A stretch of 64,000 nucleotides of DNA from an uncultured Acidimicrobiaceae bacterium (GTDB lineage Bacteria > Actinomycetota > Acidimicrobiia > Acidimicrobiales > CAIXPF01): NCBI GenBank assembly GCA_963775055.1, contig CAVZHK010000001.1:333402-397401 (forward strand), in the 5' to 3' direction. Shown one piece after another: positions 1 to 9,416 of the stretch (its first letter is position 1; the number at the start of each line of letters is the position of its first letter). The notes beneath the pieces were generated by a model that searched no databases, was not told the DNA's origin, and saw only the letters and a program-made list of their open reading frames with translations. The translations under genes were made by a program, and so were the position numbers.

Positions 1-2
1 CG

Positions 3-1010
3 GCCGCGGCCGGTCTGCGCAGCGCCACCATCTTCGGCGGTGTCGGCGCGGCTCCGCAGCTGGCGGCGCTGCGAGCGGGCACCGAGATCATCATCGGCTG
101 TCCCGGCAGGCTGTTGGACCACCTCGAGCATCGGGCCCTGGACCTTGGCGGCATCGAGGTCACCGTCATCGACGAGGCCGATCACTTGGCTGACGTCGGC
201 TTCCTGCCCATGGTCAACCGCCTGATGGACGCCACTCCTCGAGACGGACAGCGGTTGCTGTTCTCCGCCACGCTGGCCGGCGGTGTCGACGCCCTGATCC
301 GGCGGTTCCTACGAGACCCGGTGTCCCACGCGGTGAGTGCCGGCGCCCCGCCTGAAATCGTCCATCAGGTGCTGGTGGTGGACACCGACGCCCGAGTCGA
401 CGCGCTGATCGACCTGCTGGGAACCAACCGGGGGGTCATCTTCACGCGCACCAAGCATCGGGCCAAGCAGCTCACCCGGACCCTCATCACCAGAGGACTC
501 AACGCGGTGGAGCTGCACGGCAACTTGTCCCAGAACGCCCGCACCGCCAACCTGGGAGCATTCTCCTCCGGTCGGGCCCAGGTGATGGTGGCCACCGACA
601 TCGCCGCCCGGGGCATCCACGTTGATGAAGTTCCCTTCGTCATCCATGCCGACCCGCCGCTGGAGCATCGGGCGTACCTGCACCGCTCCGGTCGCACCGC
701 CAGGGCCGGTAACTCCGGCACCGTGGTCACCCTCAGCACCCCCGACCAGATCGGGGACGTCAAGAGCCTGCTGCGCCGGGCCGGGCTGGATGCAACTTGG
801 ACCAAGCACGCTGACAACGGCCGCCGTCCGGTTCGGTCCCAGGCCACAGCGATGGACAGCACCCCGAACGGCACCCCGAACGGCGCCGTGCACCGGGGCG
901 GCCCCAACCGGTTCTTGAGCGACGGGGGGCGTGAGGCACCAACCCGTACCACGGCCGGTCCGTCGCGTCGCACCCGCAGTGGCGCGCCCCGCAGCAATCG
1001 GCGAGGCTGA
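3..1010 (+). CDS. DEAD-box ATP-dependent RNA helicase (5' end cut by window edge)
   Basis: The frame is open from the window edge. The translation shows CPGRLLDHLEH, the DEAD box (VIDEADHL), SAT (FSATL), C-domain motifs (ARGIHV, HRSGRTARAG) and an Arg/Gly/Pro-rich tail. Confidence 0.92.
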   Translation, partial: AAAGLRSATIFGGVGAAPQLAALRAGTEIIIGCPGRLLDHLEHRALDLGGIEVTVIDEADHLADVGFLPMVNRLMDATPRDGQRLLFSATLAGGVDALIRRFLRDPVSHAVSAGAPPEIVHQVLVVDTDARVDALIDLLGTNRGVIFTRTKHRAKQLTRTLITRGLNAVELHGNLSQNARTANLGAFSSGRAQVMVATDIAARGIHVDEVPFVIHADPPLEHRAYLHRSGRTARAGNSGTVVTLSTPDQIGDVKSLLRRAGLDATWTKHADNGRRPVRSQATAMDSTPNGTPNGAVHRGGPNRFLSDGGREAPTRTTAGPSRRTRSGAPRSNRRG

Positions 1011-1260
1011 CAGCCATGCCATCAGGACCGAGACGTACCACACCGTATGCCGGGCGCCGGCCGGTCAAGTCCTACGGTGACGACCGGGTCTGCGAGACCG
1101 CAACCTGCGCCACCCGGTTGTCCCGTTACAACTCCACCACCCATTGTGTGGTGCACCAGGACGGCGACCGCTCGAGCTGATCGCAACCCGCCTGCACCCC
1201 CGCCGATGACCGCCAGTTGCGGACCGGGCGGGGGTGTCCGGGTGCGAGCTCCAACTGCGG

Positions 1261-1899
1261 TCAGCCCGAAAGGTGCACCACCGCAGCGAAGTGCAACCCG
1301 GCGGCGACCACCGTGAACACATGCCAGATCTCGTGATAGCCGAACACCTTCGGCCAGGGATCAGGCCGGTGGCGAATCAGAACCGGCACACCAATAGTGT
1401 ACGCCAGCCCGCCCAACGCCAACAGGATCAGCTCCGGGGGGCTGAGATCCTGCACCAACTTGGGAGCGGCCACCACCACGGCCCAACCCAACAACAGGTA
1501 GAGCGCGTGGGCCAGGCGGGCGCCCCTGTCGAAGAGGGCAAGCTTGGCCACCGCGCCCACCAAGGCACCCGCTCCCACAGTGGCCAGCAGCGGGATGCCC
1601 CACGGCAACGGCAGCGCCAGCAGGCAGAGTGGGACATAGGTGCCGCCGATCAGCACATAGATCATGGCGTGATCCAATCGGCGCATGATCCGCTGGGCCC
1701 TACCCTGCTTGGCCAGGCAGTGATAGCCCGCCGAGGTCCCGAAGCTCAGCAGCAGGCTGGCCACGTACAAGATGCAGGCCACCAGCGCCATGGTGGAGGT
1801 GGTTCGTGCCACCAGAAACCAGCCCGCGGGCACCACCGAGATGCACGCCGCGAGGTGCAGAAACCCCCGGAACAAAGGGGTTTTCCCGCCATCGTCCAC
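1261..1899 (-). CDS. hemolysin III / PAQR family membrane protein
   Basis: 212-aa ORF with multiple hydrophobic helices. It carries family-typical His motifs (GYHCL, RLDHAMIY, YHEIWHVF). Confidence 0.85.
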   Translation of the reverse strand: MDDGGKTPLFRGFLHLAACISVVPAGWFLVARTTSTMALVACILYVASLLLSFGTSAGYHCLAKQGRAQRIMRRLDHAMIYVLIGGTYVPLCLLALPLPWGIPLLATVGAGALVGAVAKLALFDRGARLAHALYLLLGWAVVVAAPKLVQDLSPPELILLALGGLAYTIGVPVLIRHRPDPWPKVFGYHEIWHVFTVVAAGLHFAAVVHLSG

Positions 1900-1921
1900 C
1901 CGTCAAAGGCTATCGGACGCG

Positions 1922-1953
1922 AAAAGACCACCGGCGCGAACCGGTGGTCTTTT
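1922..1953 (-). terminator. intrinsic terminator hairpin downstream of cspA (potentially bidirectional)
   Basis: AAAAGACCACCGG-CGCGAA-CCGGTGGTCTTTT forms a perfect GC-rich stem flanked by A and T tracts. It lies 16 nt after the cspA stop. Confidence 0.65.
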
Positions 1954-1968
1954 CGCAGTTCCTGATCG

Positions 1969-2184
1969 TTAGATCAGGCGAACGCTCTGCGCTTCTTGGC
2001 CTTTACGGCCCTGCGCCAGCTCGAACTCGACCTTCTGACCCTGCTCCAGGCTGCGGTAGCCGTTGCCCTGGATGTTCGAATAATGGACGAAAACGTCCTC
2101 GCCGCCCTCGCGGGAAATGAAGCCGAAGCCCTTCTCGGCGTTGAAGAACTTCACGGTGCCTGTTATCAATTCGACTCTTCTCAT
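1969..2184 (-). CDS. cspA: cold-shock protein, CspA family
   Basis: [30 protein letters not shown] contains the RNP1/RNP2 motifs. I moved the start to ATG 2184 (MRRVELITG), giving 71 aa. The upstream 32 codons of the track ORF look non-coding. Confidence 0.92.
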   Translation of the reverse strand: MRRVELITGTVKFFNAEKGFGFISREGGEDVFVHYSNIQGNGYRSLEQGQKVEFELAQGRKGQEAQSVRLI

Positions 2185-2225
2185 CGTGCGCCATACCCCT
2201 TGTGGGTACCGCGCTGTGAGCCAGC

Positions 2226-3641
2226 CTACCCGACCGCGCCCGCGACTGGTGGTTGCCCGGCGCGAACCCCCGTCCAGCACCGCCCGATCGCCGCTACCGA
2301 GACCTCGACGTCGGCCTCGGTGGTGGCCTGATCGGAGACCGAGAAGCGCATGGCCCGTCGGCCCTGCCAGCTGGTGGCCCCCGCCCAGCAGGTGCCGTCC
2401 TGTTGTACCGCGTCGATCACGGCGTCCGTTGTCGCGTCATCATCGAACTGGATCAGTACCTGGTTGAGCGCCACCGGCACCAGCAACCGTGCCCCGAGCT
2501 CCTCGAAGCGTCGGGCCGCCAGCTCCGCCAGGACGCAGCATCGCTCGATCAGATCCGCCACCCCGCCTCGGCCGCGGGAAGCGACCATGGCCCACACCTC
2601 CACACCCCGGGCCCGCTGGGACATCTGCAAACCGAGATGCATCGGCACCCTCGTAGCGGCACCGGTGCTGGTGGTCGTGCCGGTGGCGACGTAGGCCGCG
2701 TCGGTGGCCAGCGCCCGGGTCAGATCCTCGATCCGGGCACAGATGGCGATACCGCAGTCATAGGGCAGGTTCAGCCACTTGTGGCCATCGGTGGCCCAGG
2801 AATCGGCCCTCTCCACCCCCGTCACCAACGGTGCCCGGCCCGGGGCGGCCGCGGCCCACAAGCCGAACGCACCATCAACGTGCACCCACGCCCCAACCGC
2901 TGCGGCCCGGTCCACGATGGGCTGGAACGGGTCGCTGTGGCCGGTGTTCACATTGCCGGCCTGCAACACCACCAACGTGCGATCATCAATCGGCCCTACC
3001 GCATCGACCCGCACCCGACCATACCCATCAGTAGGTACGAGGGTCACATCGGCCCGCCCGAACCCCGCCGCCCGCAACGCCTTGAGCACCGAGATGTGCG
3101 CCTCTTCGCCGGTGAGCACCCGCAGCGCCGGTGAACCACGCAGACCCCGCTCATCGACGCTCCAACCCAACCGGCCCAACAAGGCGTCGCGCCCGGCCAT
3201 GATGCCGGTGAGGTTGGCGATGGTGGCCCCGCCGCAGAACGAGGCGGTGGCTCCGACCGGAAGCCCCAACAGCGAGCAGACCCACCCGGCCGCCACGTCG
3301 TCCAACCGGGCAGCGATCGGTGACATCACCGGCGAAGCTGTGTTCTGGTCCCAGGCACCCACCATGATCGCCGCGGCCTGTGCCGCCAGGTCGGTGCCGC
3401 CGTTGACAAAGCCGAAGTAGCGGCCACCGTTGGAGGCCATGGTGGCTGGCGAACCGAGTCGGTCGAGCTGCGCCAGGACCTCCGCTGCGGACCTGGGCCC
3501 CTCTGGCAGTTCGGCATCGAAGTGTCCGAGATCCGCGAGCGCCGAACCTGCGGGAGCCACCGCCCGGGTCCTGAGGTCCTGCTGATAGCGGCCCGCCCGG
3601 CGCGCCGCCTCGACCAGGACCTCGGTGCGGGAATCAGTCAT
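2226..3641 (-). CDS. PLP-dependent decarboxylase (group II / fold-type I)
   Basis: Carries the [11 protein letters not shown] lysine motif and overall group II decarboxylase layout. The start is placed at ATG 3641 (MTDSRTE). The upstream part of the track ORF runs through the 9-bp repeat array. Confidence 0.8.
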   Translation of the reverse strand: MTDSRTEVLVEAARRAGRYQQDLRTRAVAPAGSALADLGHFDAELPEGPRSAAEVLAQLDRLGSPATMASNGGRYFGFVNGGTDLAAQAAAIMVGAWDQNTASPVMSPIAARLDDVAAGWVCSLLGLPVGATASFCGGATIANLTGIMAGRDALLGRLGWSVDERGLRGSPALRVLTGEEAHISVLKALRAAGFGRADVTLVPTDGYGRVRVDAVGPIDDRTLVVLQAGNVNTGHSDPFQPIVDRAAAVGAWVHVDGAFGLWAAAAPGRAPLVTGVERADSWATDGHKWLNLPYDCGIAICARIEDLTRALATDAAYVATGTTTSTGAATRVPMHLGLQMSQRARGVEVWAMVASRGRGGVADLIERCCVLAELAARRFEELGARLLVPVALNQVLIQFDDDATTDAVIDAVQQDGTCWAGATSWQGRRAMRFSVSDQATTEADVEVSVAAIGRCWTGVRAGQPPVAGAVG

Positions 3642-3710
3642 GGCCCCAGTTTCGTCCTTGCCCCCGCCGCGAGGGCAACCGAATTTCCCTACCTGGGTCA
3701 GCCAGCGCGC

Positions 3711-3764
3711 CGAAATCACCGAAATCACCACAATCACCGAAATCGCCGAAATCGCCGAAATCAC
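3711..3764. repeat. 9-bp tandem array x6 (CGAAATCAC consensus)
   Basis: Read directly: CGAAATCAC CGAAATCAC CACAATCAC CGAAATCGC CGAAATCGC CGAAATCAC. It lies in the 168-bp divergent intergenic region. Confidence 0.95.
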
Positions 3765-3809
3765 TATTTGCGCCCTCAAGCCCTCAGCGGGACGCATCGA
3801 TGACTCAGG

Positions 3810-6176
3810 GTGTCACGCAGGGTGGATCGGACGCTGATCCTGAGCTGCGCCACCGGCTTCATGCTGGTGGTGCTGGCGGTCGGCACGGCCTTCACCAGCG
3901 GGCGCAACGACGCCATTGACCGCATTGACGAGGAGCTCAGCCGGGAGGCGACCAACCGCCGAGATGACCTCGACGTGTACTTTGACCGGGCCCGCACCAT
4001 CACGTTGATCGCTGCCAGGAACGCCGCCTTCACCCAGTTTCTCGCTGAGGACGACGAAGCAGCCCAAGCAGCCGGTGCCCCTGTCATCGACGCCCTCGGC
4101 TACCTCGAAAAGCTGTATCCGGGCAGGATCGGTGCAGCGTGTTTCATCAATCTGAACGGTGTGGAGCACGCCCGGGTGGTGCTCAACCGCGCCGCCAGCG
4201 CCGACCGGCTGTCCACGAACGAGGCTTCCAACGCGTTCTTCGCCCCCACCGTGGCGCTCGATCCCGGTGACGTGTACCACGCTGCGCCGTACTTCTCGCC
4301 CGACGCCTTGGAATGGGTGGTGTCCAACTCGACCCTGGTGACTGATGCCGAGGGGATCACACGGGCGATGCTGCACTTTGAGATCACCCTCAGCAGCTTC
4401 ATGGATGAGCTGGGTTCCACGGCGCACACGGTGGCCATCGTCGATCAGGTGAGCGGCCGGGTCATCGCCCACCCCGAGGGCAGCGGCTCTTCCGGCGCGG
4501 CCGTCGCGGATCAGGACGATCCACGCTTTCTGGTCTTGACCAAACACGATGGCCTCGGCAATGCCACTATCGACGGTCGACGGTTCGCGGCGGCCCCGGT
4601 GTCGGCTTCCCCCCAGAACGCCAACCGCTGGATGGTGGTGGTCGGCACGGTGGACCCCGTGAGCCCTTTCGCCGGCTTCGACGCCGCCCACCTCGGCCTG
4701 GCGCTGGTCGGGATGTTGTTCGTGGTCGCCGGATTCCTCACCCACTCCGGTCAGCAAGCCCGTCTGCGTCAGGCTCTCAGCGACGCCTTGACCGGTCTGC
4801 CCAACCGTCGACGTCTGCTGCTGGACGGCAATCAGCGGCTGATGGCAGCAGAAGTGGCGGCCAGAACGACCAACAGCGGACGCTCCGTCGTCGAGCGGGA
4901 CGAGACCATGGCGTGGGCGGCGATGCTCATGATCGACCTTGATCGCTTCAAGGAGATCAACGACACGTTGGGCCACGCCGAGGGTGACGAGGTGCTGCGA
5001 CACGTGGCCCGACGGCTGGCTGAGGTTGTGGGTCCCGAGCATTTGCTGTCACGGCTCGGGGGCGACGAGTTCGCGGTGCTGGTCCGCGGCCCGATCAGCG
5101 CCACCGCCACGGTCAGCCTTGCCCGGTCCCTCCACGACGTCATCAATCAGCCCATCCTGCTCAATGGACTCCCGGTGCAGGTGGGCGCCAGCATCGGCGT
5201 GGCCTTCGCCCCCCAACACGGCCGGGACATGGGCGCCCTGCTGCAGCACGCCGACGTGGCCATGTACGCCTCCAAACACGGCTCCAAGGGGGTGACGGTC
5301 TATGACCCCGAACGCGACCCCTACAGCCCCGCCAGGCTGGGCCTGGCCTCGGAGCTGCGCAAGGCGATCAGCGAGCGTCACCCCATCGAGCTGCACTACC
5401 AGCCGAAGGTGCAACTCGTGACCGGACGCACAACCGGACTGGAGGTGCTGGCCCGCTGGTGGGGTCCAGACGGGCAGATGGTCAGCCCCGACGAGTTCAT
5501 CCCCCTGGCCGAACGATCGGGTCAGATGATGGCGCTCACCAGCCTGGTCCTGGACCGGGCCCTGGCCCAGCTGGCGTTGTGGCGGGCGGAGGGCTTCGCC
5601 ATGTCGGTGGCGGTGAACGTGTCGCCCAGCTCCCTGCTCGAGGGTGGCTTCGTGGCCGAGGTCGCGGACACCCTGCACCGCCACGGAGTTCCCGGACGGT
5701 CCTTGATGATCGAGCTCACCGAGAGTGCGGTGATGAAAGATCCCGAGCGGTCCCTGCGGGTGCTGGCCGAGCTGCGACGCATTGGCGTGACGTTGAGCAT
5801 TGACGATTTCGGCACCGGGTATTCCTCATTGAGCTACCTGCGCCGGTTCCCGGTGAGCGAGCTGAAGATCGACCGCAGCTTCGTGACCACCTTGTCCTCA
5901 ACGGCCGAGGACGCCGCCATCGTGCGGGCCGCGGTGCAATTGGGCCAGAGCCTGGGGCTGCAGGTCGTGGCGGAGGGCGTGGAGGACGAGACAGCGTTGG
6001 AACGGCTGCTGGAGCTGGGCTGTGATCAGGCCCAGGGCTACGTGCTCTCACCGCCGATGCCGGCCGCGGACGCCACCGAATGGCTCCGCACCCGGCCCGT
6101 GGCGCGGATGGCGTCCGCCGTGGTCTCCCCCCAGGACCCCTCGGGCCTTGGCCAGCTTGACGGCACGACCCGCTGA
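3810..6176 (+). CDS. membrane sensor diguanylate cyclase/phosphodiesterase (GGDEF-EAL)
   Basis: GTG start, N-terminal TM helix, an extracytoplasmic sensor-like region and a second TM helix. The GGDEF domain shows GLPNRRRL and RLGGDEFAV. The EAL domain shows ELHYQPKV, ELTES, DDFGTGYSS, KIDRSF and AEGVE. Confidence 0.93.
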   Translation: MSRRVDRTLILSCATGFMLVVLAVGTAFTSGRNDAIDRIDEELSREATNRRDDLDVYFDRARTITLIAARNAAFTQFLAEDDEAAQAAGAPVIDALGYLEKLYPGRIGAACFINLNGVEHARVVLNRAASADRLSTNEASNAFFAPTVALDPGDVYHAAPYFSPDALEWVVSNSTLVTDAEGITRAMLHFEITLSSFMDELGSTAHTVAIVDQVSGRVIAHPEGSGSSGAAVADQDDPRFLVLTKHDGLGNATIDGRRFAAAPVSASPQNANRWMVVVGTVDPVSPFAGFDAAHLGLALVGMLFVVAGFLTHSGQQARLRQALSDALTGLPNRRRLLLDGNQRLMAAEVAARTTNSGRSVVERDETMAWAAMLMIDLDRFKEINDTLGHAEGDEVLRHVARRLAEVVGPEHLLSRLGGDEFAVLVRGPISATATVSLARSLHDVINQPILLNGLPVQVGASIGVAFAPQHGRDMGALLQHADVAMYASKHGSKGVTVYDPERDPYSPARLGLASELRKAISERHPIELHYQPKVQLVTGRTTGLEVLARWWGPDGQMVSPDEFIPLAERSGQMMALTSLVLDRALAQLALWRAEGFAMSVAVNVSPSSLLEGGFVAEVADTLHRHGVPGRSLMIELTESAVMKDPERSLRVLAELRRIGVTLSIDDFGTGYSSLSYLRRFPVSELKIDRSFVTTLSSTAEDAAIVRAAVQLGQSLGLQVVAEGVEDETALERLLELGCDQAQGYVLSPPMPAADATEWLRTRPVARMASAVVSPQDPSGLGQLDGTTR

Positions 6177-6181
6177 CCGAA

Positions 6182-6210
6182 CAGGGGCCGGCCCGACGAA
6201 CCGACCCCTG
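6182..6210. terminator. hairpin between convergent genes
   Basis: CAGGGGCCGG-N9-CCGACCCCTG pairs at 9 of 10 positions. It sits between the GGDEF-EAL stop and the D-aminoacylase stop. There is no clear U tract. Confidence 0.4.
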
Positions 6211-6222
6211 CTGGCTCGCTGC

Positions 6223-7899
6223 TCAGCGACCGCCGCGTACCAGCCGACCGGGCATGGCGCCGGTGTGCTCACCATCCTCGTACGTGACCTCGCCCTTGCA
6301 CACTGTCATGCGGTAGCCGTGGGCCCGCTGGATGAGCCGCTTGCCGCCGGCGGGCAGGTCGTACACCATCTCCGGATCTTCGAGGCCGAGGTTCTGGTAA
6401 TCGATGAGGTTCAGGTCAGCCCGGTAGCCGGGGGCGATGACACCACGGTCGGTCATGCCGTAGAGCAGGGCGGTGTCCTGGGTCATCTTGTGCACCACGA
6501 ACTCGACCGGCAGGGTCTCGCCCTTGGTGCGGTCCCGGGTCATGTACGCCAGCATGTAGGTGGGCACGCTGGCGTCACAGAGCACGCCGCAATGGGCACC
6601 GCCGTCCGAAAGACCGAACACGGAGTGCTGGTGGCGGATGGCGTCGATCTGCTCGCCGAGATCACCGCGGTACCGGCCGAAGAGGAACAGGATGGGCCGC
6701 TGGTCGGCCATGACGTCCATCAGGGCCTCACGAACGTGGATGCCGCGGGCCTCGGCCACGCCGGCGATGGAATCCTCATACCCCGGCTCGTAGCTGAGGT
6801 CGGTGGGCAGCACGTACATGCGGTCCCAGGTGGAGATCATCTTGTTGGTGTCCGCGAAGCGTGAGGTCTTGGCCTCATCCGCCAGGACCTTGGCCCGGAA
6901 GTCCGGGTCGCGCAGCTTGGCCCGCTGCTCATCGAAGGGCAGGTCCTTGATCTCGCTATAGGCCGGGAACTGCCGCATGGGGTTGAGCGTCCCCTCCAGC
7001 GTCATCAGCACCGAGGCCGGACGGGCGCCGACCTGGGGCCGGATGTGGAAGCCCTCCGGGTTCAACCGGTCCGCCAGGTCCCAGATGCCCAGGTTGGTGC
7101 CGGTGGCGGGCACCAGGAACGTCATGGGACGGCCGGTGAGGCGGGCGATGTGCTCGATCCAACCCAGTTCCTCGGCCTTGTCGAGGTGGTCGGAGATGAC
7201 CTCCATCGTGCCGTGGTCGAAACCGACGAAGGCTTCGGCGATGGCCACCATCTCGTCGGAGGAGGCGTTGGTGCCGGGAACCACGTTGCCGGCCTTGTCG
7301 ATGTGGCCATAGAAGCGCGACGTGGAGAAACCCAGCGCCCCGTCTTCGAGGGCCTTGCGGGTGATGGCAGACATCTCGGCCATGTCCTGGGCGGTGGCGT
7401 CCTCATAGCAGCGATCACCCATGACGTAATGGCGCAGGGCCACGTGGGGAACCTGGGCGCCGATGTCCACGGTGTAGGGCGTGTCGATCACGTCGAGGTA
7501 TTCGCCGAAGCTCTCCCAACCCCACGGCAGCCCTTCGTGCAGCGCGGTGCCGGGGATGTCCTCCACCGACTCCATGATCTGCACCAGCTCGTCCTCGGTG
7601 CCCGGGCGGACAGGGGCGAAACCGACCCCGCAATTGCCCATGACCACGGTGGTGACCCCGTGCCAGCAGGAGGGGGTGACCTGCTTGTCCCAGCAGACCT
7701 GCCCGTCGAAGTGGGTGTGGATGTCCACGAAACCCGGGGTGAGCAGGTTGCCCTTGGCGTCGATGCGTCGGTGTGCCCGACGACGGGTCAGATCACCGAC
7801 CTCGGCGATGAGACCGTCCTTGACGCCCACATCGGCCTTGAAGCCGGGCCGGCCGGTGCCATCGACAACGAAGGCGTTCTTGAAGATCAGATCGAACAC
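6223..7899 (-). CDS. N-acyl-D-amino-acid deacylase (D-aminoacylase) family amidohydrolase
   Basis: VFDLIFKNAFVVDGTG...GFVDIHTHFDGQ is the amidohydrolase metal site, and the remainder is family-typical. The start is placed at GTG 7899, preceded by GGGGGAA. The upstream 57 codons of the track ORF are not family-like. Confidence 0.85.
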   Translation of the reverse strand: MFDLIFKNAFVVDGTGRPGFKADVGVKDGLIAEVGDLTRRRAHRRIDAKGNLLTPGFVDIHTHFDGQVCWDKQVTPSCWHGVTTVVMGNCGVGFAPVRPGTEDELVQIMESVEDIPGTALHEGLPWGWESFGEYLDVIDTPYTVDIGAQVPHVALRHYVMGDRCYEDATAQDMAEMSAITRKALEDGALGFSTSRFYGHIDKAGNVVPGTNASSDEMVAIAEAFVGFDHGTMEVISDHLDKAEELGWIEHIARLTGRPMTFLVPATGTNLGIWDLADRLNPEGFHIRPQVGARPASVLMTLEGTLNPMRQFPAYSEIKDLPFDEQRAKLRDPDFRAKVLADEAKTSRFADTNKMISTWDRMYVLPTDLSYEPGYEDSIAGVAEARGIHVREALMDVMADQRPILFLFGRYRGDLGEQIDAIRHQHSVFGLSDGGAHCGVLCDASVPTYMLAYMTRDRTKGETLPVEFVVHKMTQDTALLYGMTDRGVIAPGYRADLNLIDYQNLGLEDPEMVYDLPAGGKRLIQRAHGYRMTVCKGEVTYEDGEHTGAMPGRLVRGGR

Positions 7900-8213
7900 G
7901 TGGTTCCCCCCGTGAGGTGCGGATTCGTTTGAGGGGAATGGTACTCGGCAGGTGTGACAGCCGGCAGCGCCGACCAGCCAACGCGGCAGCAACGCCCTGG
8001 CCACCCCCAACATCGCCGCCCACCGATCAGCGCCAGCAACGTCGTCCTCGTCGGCACGAAAGCTCACCATCCACGTTCAACCGACCCGGTGTATGACAAC
8101 GTCGTTGACGTGCAATACCAGCTCGGGATCGGGGCCGACCGCCGCGCCGCAGTGCCAGACTTCGCAACAAACGCACGGGCACCGGCAGCGCCGATCGAAG
8201 GGGGAACGGAATC

Positions 8214-8533
8214 ATGCAGCACCCGACAGGAAAGACCGCAGTGGTCACCGGCGCGGCGAGCGGGATGGGCCTGGCGTTCACCCGCATCTCGCAACGCCAG
8301 CACCGAAGCCAGATCCGACACGTCGGTTCGCACCGGATGCACGCTGCCGCGGCCGCTTCCCTGTTGGTGAGCTGCAGCATGCGGACTGGCAATGGATCCT
8401 GGGGGTGAACCTGTGGGGGGTCATCAACGGCTGCCAGGCCTCGCCGCCCGCCACCGCAGCATCGAGAGGGCGACCAACCCACCCCGGGCTTCGACATTGT
8501 TGGACTACCTGTTGGGCTGAGGGCGCTTGGTGA
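8214..8533 (+). pseudogene. short-chain dehydrogenase/reductase remnant
   Basis: One frame has GKTAVVTGAASGMGLAF (Rossmann TGxxxGxG). Another frame has ELQHADWQWILGVNLWGVINGCQA. I saw no catalytic Ser or YxxxK in any frame. Confidence 0.4.
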
Positions 8534-8551
8534 GCTCGGACCAGCGGCGCT

Positions 8552-9370
8552 TCAACGACCGGTGAACTCGGGGGGCCGCTTCTGGAGAAACGCCTGGCGG
8601 CCCTCTTCGAAATCGCCGGTCTGGCGGGCCAGGTGCAACGCCAGGCCCTGGTGTTCGTAGGCCCGGTCGATGTCGGTCTCCTGGTAACCCCGGTACACCG
8701 CGGCCTTCGTGTACCCGTAAACCCGGGTGGGGCCGACCGCCAGGCTGCGCGCCAGCGTTGCCGTGGCCTCGGCCAATTCGTCGTCGGGCACCACCTGGGT
8801 GGCCAGGCCCCATTGCAGGCACTCGGCCGGGGTGAGGGTGGGGGCCAGCAACGCCCACTCGATGGCCTTGCCCACCCCGACGTACTGCTGCAGCAGGCTG
8901 GTGCCGGTGGCGATGCCCCGCTTGACGAACGGCACCGCCAGCGTGGCGCTCTCGCCGATCAACCGCAGGTCCGCCGCCAGGGCAAGATTGAACCCGGCCC
9001 CGTGGGCGTGGCCGTTGACGGCGGCGATCACCGGTTTGGCCATGGCGCGCATGCGGGCCACGATCAAGGGCCAACGACCCTCGCCCCGCACGTACTGCTC
9101 GATGGGATCGCCTTTCATCATGGCGAACTCCCCCGGCGCGTTGAGCCCTCGCAGATCGTCACCGGCGCAGAACGCCCGCCCGGCACCGGTCAGCACCACA
9201 CACCGTACCGCGCGGTCTGCATCGAGGCCGTCGAGGGTGTCGAGCAGCTCGATGCCCATGCGACGGTTCAAGGCGTTGAGCACCTCGGGCCGGTTCATGG
9301 TGATGGTGGCCACGCCTTCGGCACGGTCGACGGTGAGGTGCAGCGGGGTGGGTGTCCCTGGCGTAGGCAT
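8552..9370 (-). CDS. enoyl-CoA hydratase/isomerase (crotonase) family
   Basis: ATITMNRPEVLNALN...VVLTGAGRAFCAGDDL...AAVNGHAHGAGFNLALAADL are crotonase signatures. The start is placed at ATG 9370 (MPTPGTP). Confidence 0.88.
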   Translation of the reverse strand: MPTPGTPTPLHLTVDRAEGVATITMNRPEVLNALNRRMGIELLDTLDGLDADRAVRCVVLTGAGRAFCAGDDLRGLNAPGEFAMMKGDPIEQYVRGEGRWPLIVARMRAMAKPVIAAVNGHAHGAGFNLALAADLRLIGESATLAVPFVKRGIATGTSLLQQYVGVGKAIEWALLAPTLTPAECLQWGLATQVVPDDELAEATATLARSLAVGPTRVYGYTKAAVYRGYQETDIDRAYEHQGLALHLARQTGDFEEGRQAFLQKRPPEFTGR

Positions 9371-9416
9371 CGCTTCGGTCGGCACGAGGCGACAACGTAA
9401 CTTACTGTTCGGACCC

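Noticed and set aside
3813-5042. Long antisense or alternative-frame ORFs throughout the window. Examples: 309-1043, 3813-5042, 17270-18811, 27533-28534, 32087-33430, 33405-34415, 37008-38078, 39492-40916, 43051-44634 and 48213-49757.
   Set aside because: These are typical high-GC shadow ORFs. They lie opposite or overlapping genes with strong family signatures, have Arg/Gly/Pro/His-rich low-complexity translations, and show no recognisable motifs.
8727-9416. The N-terminal 230 codons of the 576-aa track ORF (8727-10457).
   Set aside because: They are antisense to the clearly real crotonase gene and rich in Ser, Arg, Ala and Pro. The amidohydrolase homology begins at the ATG at 9417.
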